Positions 13,296 through 27,935 are shown, numbered from the whole stretch's first letter. The stretch is DNA of 63,522 bases, filler included, from Octopus bimaculoides (GCF_001194135.2; 3 parts of 3 records of this genome joined end to end with filler, not necessarily neighbours in it); one strand, 5' to 3'. Notes: a model not told the origin generated them from the letters alone. Numbers and translations are program-made.

Positions 13296-13667
13296 AATTT
13301 CCAGAGAAAATTCCAAGGAGGGGAAGAAATTACTTCCAGGAAAGGTCTGAGGAGGGGCGAAATACTTCCTGGAAAGTTCTGAGGATGGGGCGAAAAACTT
13401 CCTGGAAAGTTCCAAGGAAAGGGAAAGTTCCGAGGAGCGGGAGGAATTACTTCGGGGAGAGTTCCAAGGAAAGGGAGGAGGGGACGGCGCGAATTAAATC
13501 CTAGAAAGTTACAAGGAAGGGGATTCCGACGAGGGGAGGAAATACTTCCTGGAAAGTTCCAAGGAGGCGAGGAACGGAGGTATTAATTCCTGGAAAATTC
13601 CAAGGAGGGGAGACGGAATAATTTCATGGAAAGTTCCGAGGATTGGCTAGTTCCTGGAAAGTTCCAA
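13296..13667. repeat. Degenerate ~33-45-bp minisatellite with core TTCCTGGAAAGTTCC(A/G)AGGAG
   Basis: About 9-10 variable units, purine-rich on the plus strand. Confidence 0.9.
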
Positions 13668-14061
13668 GTATTTCCGGGTTTTTTAAAGATCATAGAAATC
13701 TGAGCTGATCGAGACAAACGGATGTCATTTTCGGATTCAGTGGTGCAAAATTGTTCTAACCCAGTTGAAAAAGCTGAACAACTTTTTTAAAAATATTTTT
13801 GTTATCCTTTAAATAATATATACAAATTTAATCTGCGATCCATGGGACGAGCCGTTTTAACGATGCGTCCTGCCCAAGATCGTCGAAACGCCGGTGTTAA
13901 AACGTGGGTAGCTGATGAAGTAGAATGTTCTCTATGTGGCTCGTGTGTTCTCGTCTACGTTTGTTTGCAATGTCCTGTACCCAGATATGCACCTATACAT
14001 ACAGGTGGATGTCGGTATGCACATACCTGTACGTATATATGCATATACTCATTTACTATTT

Positions 14062-14097
<36 letters not shown>

Positions 14098-14405
14098 ATA
14101 TATACATATATATATATATATATATAAACATATATACATATATATATATATACATACATATATATATATACATCAATATATACATCAATATAAATATATA
14201 TATATACATATATGTACATATATACTTACATATATATATTTATATATATGCATGTTTGTGTGTACATGTATATTTATGCCTATATATATATATATACACA
14301 TATACACATATATATATATACATATACATATATATATATGCATATACACACATATATAAACATACATACATGCAAAAGTATATACACAAACATGTCACAC
14401 TTGTG

Positions 14406-14496
<91 letters not shown>

Positions 14497-15051
14497 GTGT
14501 AGTGTCAGTAATGCATCCATATATATTCTGCCTCTTCTTAGTATGTCCAGTGTCCGTGTGTGGGTGTAGAAATCTCAATGAAGGCATGTTTATACGCCTT
14601 TCGCCTTGGTGTATGTCTTTATAGCTCTCAGTATCTCTTTATGACTCAATATTTTTGCACGTGTTCATACAGTGTTTCCATTTAAATCTTCCGTCACAGC
14701 AAAAACCTTTCATCCCTTTTCATGCCACACGCTGTCCTATTAAACTCAGAAACGCAGCATGAGCACATTTTCAAATAATTTAAAATCCCCTTTCGATGAC
14801 TAACCATTTCCATTGAGGTTGAGGTTTGGAAGATATTTTTCAGTCTTTACTTGTTTTGTTTTGATTGTTGCTTCATTTTTTTTTTCTTTCTTCGCTTCAA
14901 TTTTCGCAAATACAAAGTTTTCTCTTTCCGAATACAACTACCAACTATTTTCATTCAAATACAAGGGTCATTGTCTAAAAGTATATAATTTTTTTCACTC
15001 TGACTTTGTATGTATATGTACATATGCACACACACATACATACATGCATAC

Positions 15052-15104
<53 letters not shown>

Positions 15105-15157
15105 TATACATATATATATACATAATATATATATGTGTGTGTGTGTGTGCGTATATG

Positions 15158-16405
15158 CAGGGTGCGTAAGATATTTGAGGACAGATTTATGTTTATAAAA
15201 AAAAACAGATATATGATAACAGATAATAAAAAGTTCTATGAAGATAAAAAATAAACCTTCTTTTCTATAATGTTATTCAATAAAGTCGCCTTCAGCTTCA
15301 ACAACTGCTTCTATATGAGATCTAAATCATCCACATGCTCGAATTAACTGGTCCTGGTTCATTCTGGACATTACTCTAAATATGGCAGCTTTCATAGAAT
15401 CTTTGGTGTTATGGGCGTGTTCATTGAACTCTCTCGCAACAACGCTCCACGTGGATTGAGTTCTGGGGAATTAGGAGGCCAAATGTTAGAGGTTGTGTGA
15501 TCATGAAAATTTTCAGCCATCCATTCCAGTGTTACTAGAGCCGTGTGTGATAGTGCAGAGTTTTACTGAAGCACATATGGCTTCCATTGCATACACTGTC
15601 TATCCAGGGCTTAATTATTTCCAGGACCTCAATGTAGGCGACAGAATTAATTCTTAGGCCTTGTAGAAAGAAGTAAGAAGGCATCACATGTCCTTCATTG
15701 CTGACAACCCCTAAAACCATGATAGTTTCAAGAAATTTTGTATGCATAACATTTGGAACTCCAGAATAGTCTGCACATAACCATCTGTCATTTCTTCTGT
15801 TAACATTTTGATCTTGGTCGAAGTTTTTCTCATTTGAAAAAAGCCAAATCAAATTTTTTGGCTGGATTTTTCAGTTTGTTTAAGAGCCTTTTAGATCTGA
15901 TATAGTGACTTTCTTTTCCTTTATCTGACAAATTGAACCCCCTCATCATACAAGACTTATATCTGGTGGCGTCGTGGACAACATTTCTGACTGTTCCTTC
16001 TGACAAATGGAGATCTTTTGCAATTGACCTCGTGGGCTTTCTGAGATTGTAATCAATGGTCTGTTGAACTTGCTGGATAAATTCAGGTGTTCTGATGATT
16101 TCAGAGCGATTAGAATGCTTTTTTCTTTTTTTTTTTTTTTTGCTTTGATACTGGCGATACGTTTCCATCTTCAGTTTCTAGCTCCTTACAAACTTTGTAG
16201 GCAAAAGATATGGCAACTTTTAAAACTCCATATTTCTAAATTACTATACTCAGCCTTTATAACCACAATAACAGCATGCCTCTTCCTTTCTTGAGTAAGC
16301 TGAGGGTCTACCATTATTATTTTCTGAAACAAAGATTATACAGAGTTAGCAAAAAGTGCAGCAATGACCCCAAAATGGTATTCTTCAAACACCTTATGCA
16401 CCCTG
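15158..16405 (-). mobile_element. Full-length but decayed Tc1/mariner transposon, maT (DD37D)-like
   Basis: TIRs CAGGGTGC(G/A)TAAG(A/G)T(A/G)TTTGA at both ends, TA on the right. Frameshifted transposase (FSNEKNF, VLGVVSNEG, WPPNSPELNP). Subfamily inferred from motif style; catalytic spacing cannot be counted. Confidence 0.85.
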
Positions 16406-17279
16406 TATGTATGTAAGTACTGCTATCTGTTGGAGTTTCAGCACTTTAGCTGCTATTTCTGAACTTCGGTATGTGGTGAAGCAACTGTTGCTGATCCCTT
16501 AATTATGTTTATATANNNNNNNNNNNNNNNNNNNNNNNNNNNNNNNNNNNNNNNNNNNNNNNNNNNNNNNNNNNNNNNNNNNNNNNNNNNNNNNNNNNNN
16601 NNNNNNNNNNNNNNNNNNNNNNNNNNNNNNNNNNNNNNNNNNNNNNNNNNNNNNNNNNNNNNNNNNNNNNNNNNNNNNNNNNNNNNNNNNNNNNNNNNNN
16701 NNNNNNNNNNNNNNNNNNNNNNNNNNNNNNNNNNNNNNNNNNNNNNNNNNNNNNNNNNNNNNNNNNNNNNNNNNNNNNNNNNNNNNNNNNNNNNNNNNNN
16801 NNNNNNNNNNNNNNNNNNNNNNNNNNNNNNNNNNNNNNNNNNNNNNNNNNNNNNNNNNNNNNNNNNNNNNNNNNNNNNNNNNNNNNNNNNNNNNNNNNNN
16901 NNNNNNNNNNNNNNNNNNNNNNNNNNNNNNNNNNNNNNNNNNNNNNNNNNNNNNNNNNNNNNNNNNNNNNNNNNNNNNNNNNNNNNNNNNNNNNNNNNNN
17001 NNNNNNNNNNNNNNNNNNNNNNNNNNNNNNNNNNNNNNNNNNNNNNNNNNNNNNNNNNNNNNNNNNNNNNNNNNNNNNNNNNNNNNNNNNNNNNNNNNNN
17101 NNNNNNNNNNNNNNNNNNNNNNNNNNNNNNNNNNNNNNNNNNNNNNNNNNNNNNNNNNNNNNNNNNNNNNNNNNNNNNNNNNNNNNNNNNNNNNNNNNNN
17201 NNNNNNNNNNNNNNNNNNNNNNNNNNNNNNNNNNNNNNNNNNNNNNNNNNNNNNNNNNNNNNNNNNNNNNNNNNNNNNN

Positions 17280-17317
<38 letters not shown>

Positions 17318-17640
17318 TCATCATGGAGGTCTGTCATTTACAAGGCCAAGAAAGGCCTTAATTACGTGATCTGGCCTTTCCGATGGCCTTAGCAGACAGT
17401 TATCACCTGCCATTGAAATAAACACGAGTGCTTATATGCACCACAAGTCCATATGATAGGGTCTCTAATGGTAAATAATGCAGTATTCTGTATTCTAACA
17501 GCACGCCCACTTGACAGGTAAATATTACTTTTAGGTATTAATACAGCTTCTATTAATAGTTTATTAGTTATTTGAGATATGTATATATGTTTGTATGGCA
17601 CAGAGTGTGCGTATTTATATGGGTATGTGTTTGAGCTTGT

Positions 17641-17713
<73 letters not shown>

Positions 17714-18469
17714 CTTAAAGCATATTTCTAACTATGTCTATTCGTTCGTGCCAGATGTACACAAAATCATATATACTATTACGCACCATTTCACACCGAA
17801 TAATTCTAAACGCACCCCACCTCATTCCACCACCGTGTGTTTGATTTCAATTCTAAGATAGTCTTATTTCTGTCATAAAAGCTACACATTTCTGTCCATT
17901 AGTTTTTCCAATTATGTCAATCTTTCATCAGACTGACATTCAGTTCTGCTGCAAGAGGTATTTCTCTATATATATCCTCTTCAAATTACGTTTGTTTTCG
18001 ATTTCTTCCTATATCATGAAAAAACTCACACAAAAAGAAACATGCATGTTCTACACTCACTATGTATGACTTAAACACTAAAAAAATCGCCTTGTCAAAC
18101 AACTATAACCTCGTTTTGTTTCATTTTCTGAAATCAACTTCTTTGTTGCTTTCATTATTTGTGTTGAAGATATTTTCACTAACGTAATCTAATACATATT
18201 GTTCAAGGTTTACCACGTGCTTTGATTGTTGTTTCTATTCCTTACAAGAGCCGTTCTTCTTTCAGATACTGGGTTACTGCAACTAAATCTGAAACTAACA
18301 TCCCTATAATTTGTTTTGCTATTTAAATATTTGCTTATTTCTTTAGGTGTCACTACACAATTAATGTCACTTTTTGTTAAAACGCATTTCTTACTACAAA
18401 CACACACACACACACATACATACATATATTTATATACATCTGTACATGTGTATATGTATATATATATAC

Positions 18470-18508
<39 letters not shown>

Positions 18509-18704
18509 TATATATACATATATATATATATGTATGTATGTATATTCTATTCTTTTCTTTACTTCAGTCATTTGACCATAGCCATGCTGGAGCGCCGCCT
18601 TTAGTCGAACAAATCGGCCCAATGACTTATTCTTTGTAAGCCTAGTACTTATTCTATCGGTCTCTTTTGCCGAACCGCTAAGTTTCGGAGACGTAAACAC
18701 ACCA

Positions 18705-18739
<35 letters not shown>

Positions 18740-18835
18740 CGCAATACACAAACACAAGTATGTCTAAATAAATGATTATATGTGTGTATAAGTATATATA
18801 TATACAATTAAACCTTGGGAGAGGCATTATGCCGG

Positions 18836-18923
<88 letters not shown>

Positions 18924-19067
18924 TTTAAATTCGCGGACGGGAAACGTTTTTGAGTACGCATATATAAAATCTCATATTTTATTATACCGAGCTGTGCCAA
19001 TATAACGTAGGATAAATATAGTAATGATAATAATAATTCATGAGTGGAATTTATAAATTTTTAATGC

Positions 19068-19203
19068 ATCGCTACGCGCGTTTCCACACATCACATGTTT
19101 CTTACGATCATAATCCGTTTTTTCTGGGATGGCTACTGTACAGTCCGTAGTATTCATAGATATTGGGTGGATCATAGTTCATGTGTTCATTTCATCAGGC
19201 GAC
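19068..19203 (-). ncRNA. Type I hammerhead-ribozyme-like motif with ~105-nt stem II insert
   Basis: Minus strand: GUCGC-CUGAUGA ... GAAAC-GCGC-GUA-GCGAU. Stem I of 5 bp and palindromic stem III loop; base of stem II imperfect. Confidence 0.5.
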
Positions 19204-20160
19204 TTGGCACTACCGTTAGAAGCAACGAATGTATAACCAAACGATGCTTATATCAATTTTCACTAATCAAAAGGTTAATTGAGATATGTGAGCAGTTCTG
19301 TGTGTATTTGGTGGGGAGGAGCAGAAGATGATGGAAAGAGAGAAAGGAATGGTAATGATAAAGGAGAAGGTGGAGTGTGTTGATGTTAGACTTGTTTAGA
19401 TATTTGTGTATGCAGATGTCGGGGTGGCTAGTATAGTTCATTGGCTTGACCTTAGTCATAAAAGATAATTTTACCGAAGCATTTTCACTGCCATACGTGT
19501 TTGTATAGCTTTTTTAACAACTTGTGCTCATTATGTCACTCTTTTATAAATTACTTTTTCATTATTCTACTCAATGACAGTTGAATTAGTGGCAGTGTTA
19601 TGTAGCTACGTACATTCACAAAAACGCAAAAAGAATTATCCATTAGAATTAGCCGAAATTCACATGAAGCCTTCAGCTGAAAATCGTTTCTCTCTCTTTA
19701 GCTACAGTTAATAGGTCTTAACCGTGTATCCTTGTCACAAAGAGTATAAGCGTTATGCTCAGGGGAAAAAATGAATTAACGCAGAATTACCATGATTTTT
19801 TTTATAAATTGGCCTCCAGCAAAGAGAGTGGGTTACCTGGCAACATCGGGTAAACTGCTGGTATGTGTGTGTGCGTATGTATATGTGTGCATGTGTGTGT
19901 TTGTGTATGTGTGTATGTGTGTGTGATTATTCTTTTAGTTTTAGTCATTTAACTGCGGCCATGCTAGAGCACCGCCTTTTTAATCTAACAAATCGCTCCC
20001 AGGACTTATTCTTTGTAAGCTTAGCACTTATTCTATCGGGGTCTTTTGCCGAACCGCTAAGTTACGGGGACATAAACGCCAACATCGGTTGGTTTTCAAA
20101 TGATGGTGGGGGGACAAACACAGACACATAAATACATACATACATACATATATATCTCTG

Positions 20161-20215
<55 letters not shown>

Positions 20216-20358
20216 ATGCGTGTATATATCTGTGTGTATTAATGTGTATGCAAATGTTTCTGAATGCATTACAATAAACTTTTACGAAGTGTAAGGTGGA
20301 ATGTTTTCACTGTCTTTGATTATATTTTGAAGGGGTCACAAAATAAGTGTCTGTATAT

Positions 20359-20398
<40 letters not shown>

Positions 20399-21059
20399 AC
20401 ATACCTTTACGTATGTGTATCCGCCTTCCTCGCCAATACAGCTAGCTTCAACACCAAAATCAATGCAACCTCCGCAATTACCAGTCCCAAAACTCTTTAA
20501 TAACCAACAACAGCAACAATGATCTAAACAAGATAGCTAACTCCATCTAAAACAAAGATAATCACATGAGAAAATGTGAGGATTGACTTGACAATAAACA
20601 GCAAGAATAATATAACCACCGCCACCACCAATAACACCCTACCATCACCAACAGCAAAATCAATACAGCCAACACTACCACATTACAAACCATCAACTTT
20701 TGAATAATCAGCTGGCAACAACAATAATAGTACGAGCGTGATTGCAATGCCTGTAGCGACACATGTTGTATATCAACACAACGGTGTGAGCGTTTGTTAT
20801 ATATGTGAGACGTGCAATGGGGAAGTGCTCATGAATCTAGTAACCCCTCAACTAACAGTAGGTATACAGTAATTTCTCCCACCTCACTCCTCCACTTTTT
20901 CATTTAGTATCCATAGAAGACAATTTTTTGCTCTCGCAAAACAGTTCTCTCTTGTTATTTTTCCCCATGACTGTTGTGGGTAATGGTTGATCTCCGCCAT
21001 TATTGGATGCTGTTACGATTCCTCTGGTCAGAAACTTTCAAGTGGAACTGAAGGTAGTA

Positions 21060-21610
21060 GGGTGAATAGCAACTGTAAAAAGATTACACTGAGGGTTTTT
21101 AAACAGAAAGAAACATTAACGCTTGTACGTTTACATTGAAAATATGTGACAATAGAGAGAAAAATAAATCAAATGCTCAAGAATGCTAGAGATTTTTTTC
21201 AGAGATCTCGGATGTAAGCTTTTCAAAGATGCTTAAACTGTAGCAACTTTTGGGTGTATGGATCGAAGATCAAACCAGACGTAATGTACCTATAAGCACA
21301 ATGGTAATTAAAAAATAGGCTAAAGCTTGTATGTCGATTTGTAGGCAAATGAAGATGAAACTTGTAATCAAAAATCTTTCCTGATGAGCAAAGGCTGGTT
21401 TGAAAAGCTTAAGATGCACATAAATTTTCATAACATAAAAATGACTGGTGAAGCTTCCAATGTTGATATAGAGGTTTCTAAGAAATATCCTGAGCAGGTA
21501 AAAAATTTGGAGGAAACTACACACCAGAGCAAATATACAGCGTTGATCAAACTGCACTTTATACAAGCTTATGCATACCAAAAATTTTATTTTCCCCAAA
21601 AAATTCAGTG
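21060..21610 (+). mobile_element. Tigger/pogo transposase fragment
   Basis: VWIEDQTRRNVPIS and SKGWFEKLK...HNIKMTGEASNVD...YPEQVK, typical of pogo CENP-B HTH region; ends approximate. Confidence 0.8.
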
Positions 21611-21717
21611 CATACATACACATGGATGCACACGCATACACACCTGTATATTCTTTTGTAATGTTAATAGACTGTGACTATGCTTGAGCACCATCGGCTC
21701 CTTCTCTTTCTTTCTCT

Positions 21718-21785
<68 letters not shown>

Positions 21786-21829
21786 CTCTTCCTCTTTGTA
21801 AACATATATATATATTATAATATATGAAA

Positions 21830-22755
21830 GAAATTACTGTATACAGAGCTTAGGTGCACTACAGCTAAGAAAACAAAAGCCATCAGGTGTACTATTGGTG
21901 GATTTCAGGAAACATGGAAGTTTTGATGGATGTAATGTCTCCACAGCTAACAACTGAAGCGGGTAATTTATTCCATGCTACAACAATTCTGAGCGTGAAA
22001 AGATGTTTCCGATAGTCATGGGTGCTGTATGGTTTTTAAAAAATTTTGTGAGCATGTCCTCGAGTGTTTGACATGCGGAATTCAAAAAGGTGTCCAATGT
22101 TGCTATTATGGGAAAGCTGGTGGATAATCTTGTAGGTGTCTACCAAGCCAGTTGCTAGACGTCTGAGCTTCAATGTATCCATGCCCAGGGAAGCAAGGCG
22201 TTCAGAGTATGGTAGATGTCTGATGAGGGAGCATTCGTTTTCTTGCACATTTCTGAACAGTTTCCAGGAGATTTATATGCTGAGCAAGATAGAGGTTCCA
22301 GACGTGTGATGCAAACTCTGAGTGTGAACGTACCATTGTCATATACAGTTTTAAATAGATAACTGGAGAACGGCTGACACAGGTTTAACTGAGTGATGCT
22401 AGAATACCCTCAGCCTTCTTGACAATCTTAGAGATGTGGTTTGTCCAACGCAGATCGCTGTTTACAATAATACCCAGATCACGTTCACTAGAAGACTTCT
22501 TGAGATTGGTGTTGCTGTGGGAGTATGTAAAAGCTGGGGTTTTTTCCTCCCAAAGTGCATAGTGACGCACTTGTCCACAGTTAACTTGAGTTGCCAGTCA
22601 GAGATTCATTACTGCATTGTGTCCAGGTCTGATTGCAGGAAAGATCTATAGCGCATAGGATCTGTTCTTTTTATTTTGAAGTACAGCTTGATGTCATCTG
22701 CATATTTCAACACTGTAACATTTCTCAAGTTGGCATCTATGTCATTAATATATGC
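21830..22755 (-). mobile_element. CR1-type LINE, 3' RT fragment
   Basis: VLKYADDIKLY, ERDLGIIV, LPYSERLASLG...LRRL, TRGH motifs on the minus strand. Confidence 0.9.
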
Positions 22756-23418
22756 AATGTGTGTGCGTGCGTTTATGTGTGTATGTAACGTTTATGACAC
22801 GACAGTTTTCCAACTATAACAGAGAAGTTTTGCAGTTATATAGACGAATATGTTTCGTGTAAATAAACGAAGAGCAATATTAATTTGCTTGATTATTAAT
22901 ATGGCCATTTATTATATATCAGTTATTATGTTGTTACAAATTGGAAGATGATTATAATATCAGTCGTTACAATAATATAAGAAATATTTGTCGCTGGTCC
23001 CATGATTCATTGTGTATGTTTGATAGTTTAATTTCTCAGTCTGCTAGGAAGAAAGACATAGTGAAAGGAATGTATGCAGTTAGAGAAAATAAGAGGTTTA
23101 CCTTTGCATGCATTATTTAGCATACTGACAGAAGCGACTGACCAAAGAGAGAAAGACAGCTATTTGCTTGTGTTTTATACTTTGCTGACTAAAGTTGGTC
23201 GAGCTAAAAACAATAAGGTCATTCGTCCTTAATCAGATTTGACCGAAGAATGGCTCAAGAAAGATCAAGAGGTCAACTTTTTCTCATTAATTTGTGTGTG
23301 TAATAAAGGCTAAGACAATCGACCGAGGATTTGTTTGACAATGTATAAAATTGTGGATTCAATTTCGAATCCTAGCTTAGCTATTCTCTAGCTTTTCGCT
23401 ACCTATACGTGTGTTTGT

Positions 23419-23504
<86 letters not shown>

Positions 23505-24829
23505 GTGTGTGTGTGTACAATGTAGATAATCTTGAGTGTTCACATGGATGCGTATGTTGTGTGCTTGAATTTGTCTACGTAATATCATAGTATATGTGTA
23601 CATAAATGTAGTTGTGTATTCGTGTGGGTGAAAGTGTTTGTGTGGCTGAATGTGTGTGTGTCTTGGTAATTTTTATTCGATTCTACTTTCTTATAGAGAT
23701 ATGTTATTGATTATTTCTTTTTTAATTTGTAAACATAGGAATCAACAGCAGGAATCAGTTCTCATTCCTACTGTTGTTGTTGTTGCTGCTGCTACTGCTG
23801 CTGCTGTTGTTGTTTAGCCCTAGACTAGCGTTATTTAAGCAGTCCTATGATCAGAGGTATTTCTGCTATGACCATACCATCTATATAGAAATATGCTCAG
23901 AATTATCTAATGTGCCATTACCTTTTATTTTAGGTAGTAGAACTGGGATTAGGGAACGGAAGTAAATTACCCGAAACAAAGTAAGATTTAAAATATTAGG
24001 GTAATGCATTTGGCATGAGAGATACTTATGGAAGCCTGGGTTATATATATATTTTTATTCATAAAGCGAAGAGATGCTTTGACTGGTTAACACTTTGTAC
24101 TGATATCTTTTGCATATATTTCTTTTGTTTTGTTACATAAATATGGCATTACTATAAATTTTCAGAATATTACCAGTTAACGCCTGTTTGCTTAAAAGCT
24201 TATAGTTTTCTGGGGGTTTTTTTTTTTTACATGAGTTCATTGTCATTGGAGAAAAACTATAATTCATATACAACTCTGTGTCAAGTGAGGTGTGAAAATT
24301 TTAGAACGTAATAATTTTTTTCTATTCAAAACTACTGGATCTATAGATAATATTACTTATATAACAGTGCAGTGTTAATATTATGCTTGTCAGGTGGGGT
24401 TTTTTTTATTTGAATCGTTTATAACTTTTGAAAGCCGAGAATCAACAGATATTCTATTAATATAATATATTTTATGTTTAAAAAACTGATAAAATACACT
24501 TTATGTTTAAAAAATTATTTTCCTTATATTTATATTTTGATATGAATATATATCAGAAGCTTGCAAAATAAGGTTCGTGCAATCCTGAAGATATATTGGG
24601 CAATTTATGTTACGTAAGGCAATTTACCCGGATGAGCAATGAATAATGTCAGTCATTATATTTAAATTCTTTTCATGTAAAATTACAAAGTTACTAACTT
24701 TGAAAAATATTTTAATCACGTGCTTACTTATTTTCAGTGCATTAATTTATTTTTTAAATAACATACTTAAATATTCATCTTTCCTTTATTACATTAAACA
24801 TTTTAAAAACAATTTAACGTAAGTAACCA

Positions 24830-25900
24830 ACAAAGATGATGCTTGTTTCAAATCTTGAAGCATTGATTTGGATTCGGTAGATTGTGTTGGTGCCTGTTAA
24901 TGAAGCTTCTGCCATATCAGATCATGGCGGTGGTTTTGTGTTTTGAGCAAGAAAGGGGGACCCTAAAACTGACGTTTCTTATTGTATGATCCATCACCAA
25001 GCATTAGTTGTGAAACATTTAGAACCTGAACTGGAAGCTGTCTTGAATGCTATCAAAGTCATATACTAAACACACGGCCGTTTTGTGATTTATGTACAGA
25101 TGGAGAGGCTGAATATTCAAATTTCTTTTTTCACACAGTGAGCTAGCTTTTGCGCTGAGATGTTCTCAGCATAGTTTAGGCTTTCACAACTGAACTTAAA
25201 ACCTTTCTAGTGGATCAAACGACATTTTTTGCAAATATGTTCAGTCACTCCATTTGCTGGCATATTTTTCATATTTAATTGACATTTTTGCGCATGTCAA
25301 TGCATTGAACAAGGGAAAAAATTGAAAGGGAAAAAACATTAATATCATTTTAGCAAAGAAAAGATAATGAACTATAATAAAGACTTCAATATTTGGATGC
25401 AAGATTATATTATAGAACTGGAAAGTGGATCAAAACACAAAAACCATCATTCAAAAAGTAGTTGTGACAATAGAAATTTGCGATAACAAGTATCCATTTA
25501 CAAGATATCTTATCAGACTCAAACATTGGTTCTCTGATTATTTTCAAGATTTTAGCTCACAGACTGTCAGCTGGGTTGTGAATCCCTTTAACTGTAAAAT
25601 GGCTGATGTGCTTTAAGTGTCTGAGCAGTTGACAAACGTACTTCGTAAACGTTGCACCAACAGTGTACTACTCATGGAATTCCAGAACAAGGCAGATCCC
25701 TTGTCTTTTGGGGTGAGAAAATCTACAAAGTCTTTCAAAACTATATGTGTTGAAGTAACAAAAATATCGCTAAATTTTGCAGCAACATATCTTTTTGAGG
25801 AAGTTGCCTTATGCTTTGACGCAGCCATGAGTAAAGTGCAGCACGTTGGATTTTTGAATGGCACGCCTAACGAAAAATTTCCTTGAATATGTTTAGTGGT
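24830..25900 (+). mobile_element. Decayed hAT (Charlie/Buster-type) transposase
   Basis: CMIHHQALVVK, FCDLC...FHT, WVVNPF and ATYLFE motifs in order, with frameshifts; ends approximate. Confidence 0.75.
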
Positions 25901-26510
25901 GCCAAGTTTCATGTGGCCCGTTTCCCTAAAGATATCTTCTCTAAAGATTCTATTAAGTCGCTACCCAAAGGAAAACATTAAACATGTGAATAAAGGAACG
26001 GTTGAAAATCTGTAGGCTGACATACTGTTGTAAAGGAAGCCATAACTGCAACAGAATGGCCGAGAATCTTGGTGGAACCAGAGAAAAAAAATCAAAAGAA
26101 CAGTGCATATAGAGATTGATGAAAACTCAGTCAAAAATAAATTGTCATAACCTGAATATATAGACATTAACTGAACATGTGTCTGGGGCCTTATCGACAA
26201 GGTTCTTTGTTCGAACCCAATCCAATATCAGATGCGAGATGTTTAACTGGTAATATAGCGATCGGAAACCAAACTGATCGAATTGTAATGTTGACATAAT
26301 GATGATTCCTGTCATTGACAGAGGATCTCAACCTTGAGAGAAAATCGACCTTGGTCGGATTCGAACTAAAAACAAATACCGCAAGGCACTCTGCCCACCA
26401 TTCTACCGATTCTGCCAATAAGTAATTATAACGGTTTTCTAAAGATGAATCTAATAATCCGTAGAAACATCATCATCATCATCATCATCATTATCATCAT
26501 CATTATCATT

Positions 26511-26548
<38 letters not shown>

Positions 26549-27902
26549 TAATGGTTATAGTGAAAGCAGCGATATGGCAGAATCGTTAACGTGTCGCGGG
26601 GAGAATACACAGTGGCACTTCTTCCAGTTTTATTTTCTGAGCTCAAATTCTGGTGAGATCAACTTTGCCTTTTATTCTTTTGGGGTACATGAAATGAGTA
26701 CCAGCTGAGCACTGGGGTCAGTGTAATCTATTTATTTCTCCCTCGAAATTGTTGGCCTTATACCGATTGTAGAAAGAATTATTATAGGTGTTAGCATGTC
26801 ACGCCACTGAAGACTGGGTGTTCGGTCTCAGTAACGCTACATTTCTGGCTGTAAGATCTATTAATTTCTTCCAGCCTTGTCTTTGTTAGGCTATTTTTTT
26901 TCTTGCAAAAAAGCTAAGTCGATTTCCAAGTTGGAATGGTTTAAAAAATACATCAACGTTATTGATGTTGTTGTTGTTGTTGTTGTTGGCATTGCTGTTT
27001 TATTTTAATATTTGTCTTTTACCAGGATATGAAAGAAACGTTTCGAATGCGAGGTGTCATTCAGCTCAACACACCAGATAATCGGGGTAGATGACAGTTA
27101 CAGATTTTTGGTGTTGTTTTTCTAGGTTTTATATCTATTTTTAAAAAATTTCTTTATCTTTATTTTTCATTCTTTCTTTTACCTCTCTTTTTTTTACGTC
27201 CCCCAATTGCATGTCAGCTGAAATCTAACACTAATTGATATATGGACATTTTACCATTCCTGGGGACCACAATTCTAATCATATACTTTAATCGGCACAA
27301 AACACCTTAGTCATCTTTCTCCTATTACTATTTACAATTTTTTTCTTTCGTTCTTTGACATTTTCTTATACACAAAGTATCCATTCCTATCACTAAAATG
27401 AATTTCGCCAAGTGAAACTGTCTTTTCAAAACAATCTTATATTTTTTTATAACCTTTTCATTCTATTTAGCTTCTTGTATTTTTTTTTCTATTCCCCACT
27501 CCATCATTTTTTTTCTTTCAATTCACTTTCTTACATTTTTACTTATTCCTTGATCATTTTGTTTTGTCTTGTGGGTTTTTTTATGCATTATTGTTGTTGT
27601 TGTTGTTTTACTTTGCAAGATCATTTCTGATTATTTTTATGTTATATTTTGCATTATTATTATTGTATTCTTTCTTTAAGGTGAATAAAAAACAAACAGC
27701 TGTTTTTTCAAGAAACATTATATATATATATATATATATGCACACACACACACACACACACACACTTTTAGGCATATGCATACAAAAAAATATACACGTA
27801 TATATACACACACATGCACTCACACATGCATATGCAAAATATTCATGTATTCATATATGGATAGGCTGAAAATGTATGCGTATATAAATATATACGTGTG
27901 TG

Positions 27903-27935
<33 letters not shown>

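Noticed and set aside
13880-13920. GAAACGCCGGTG ... CTGATGAAG
   Set aside because: Halves are in permuted order without a stem I hairpin between them.
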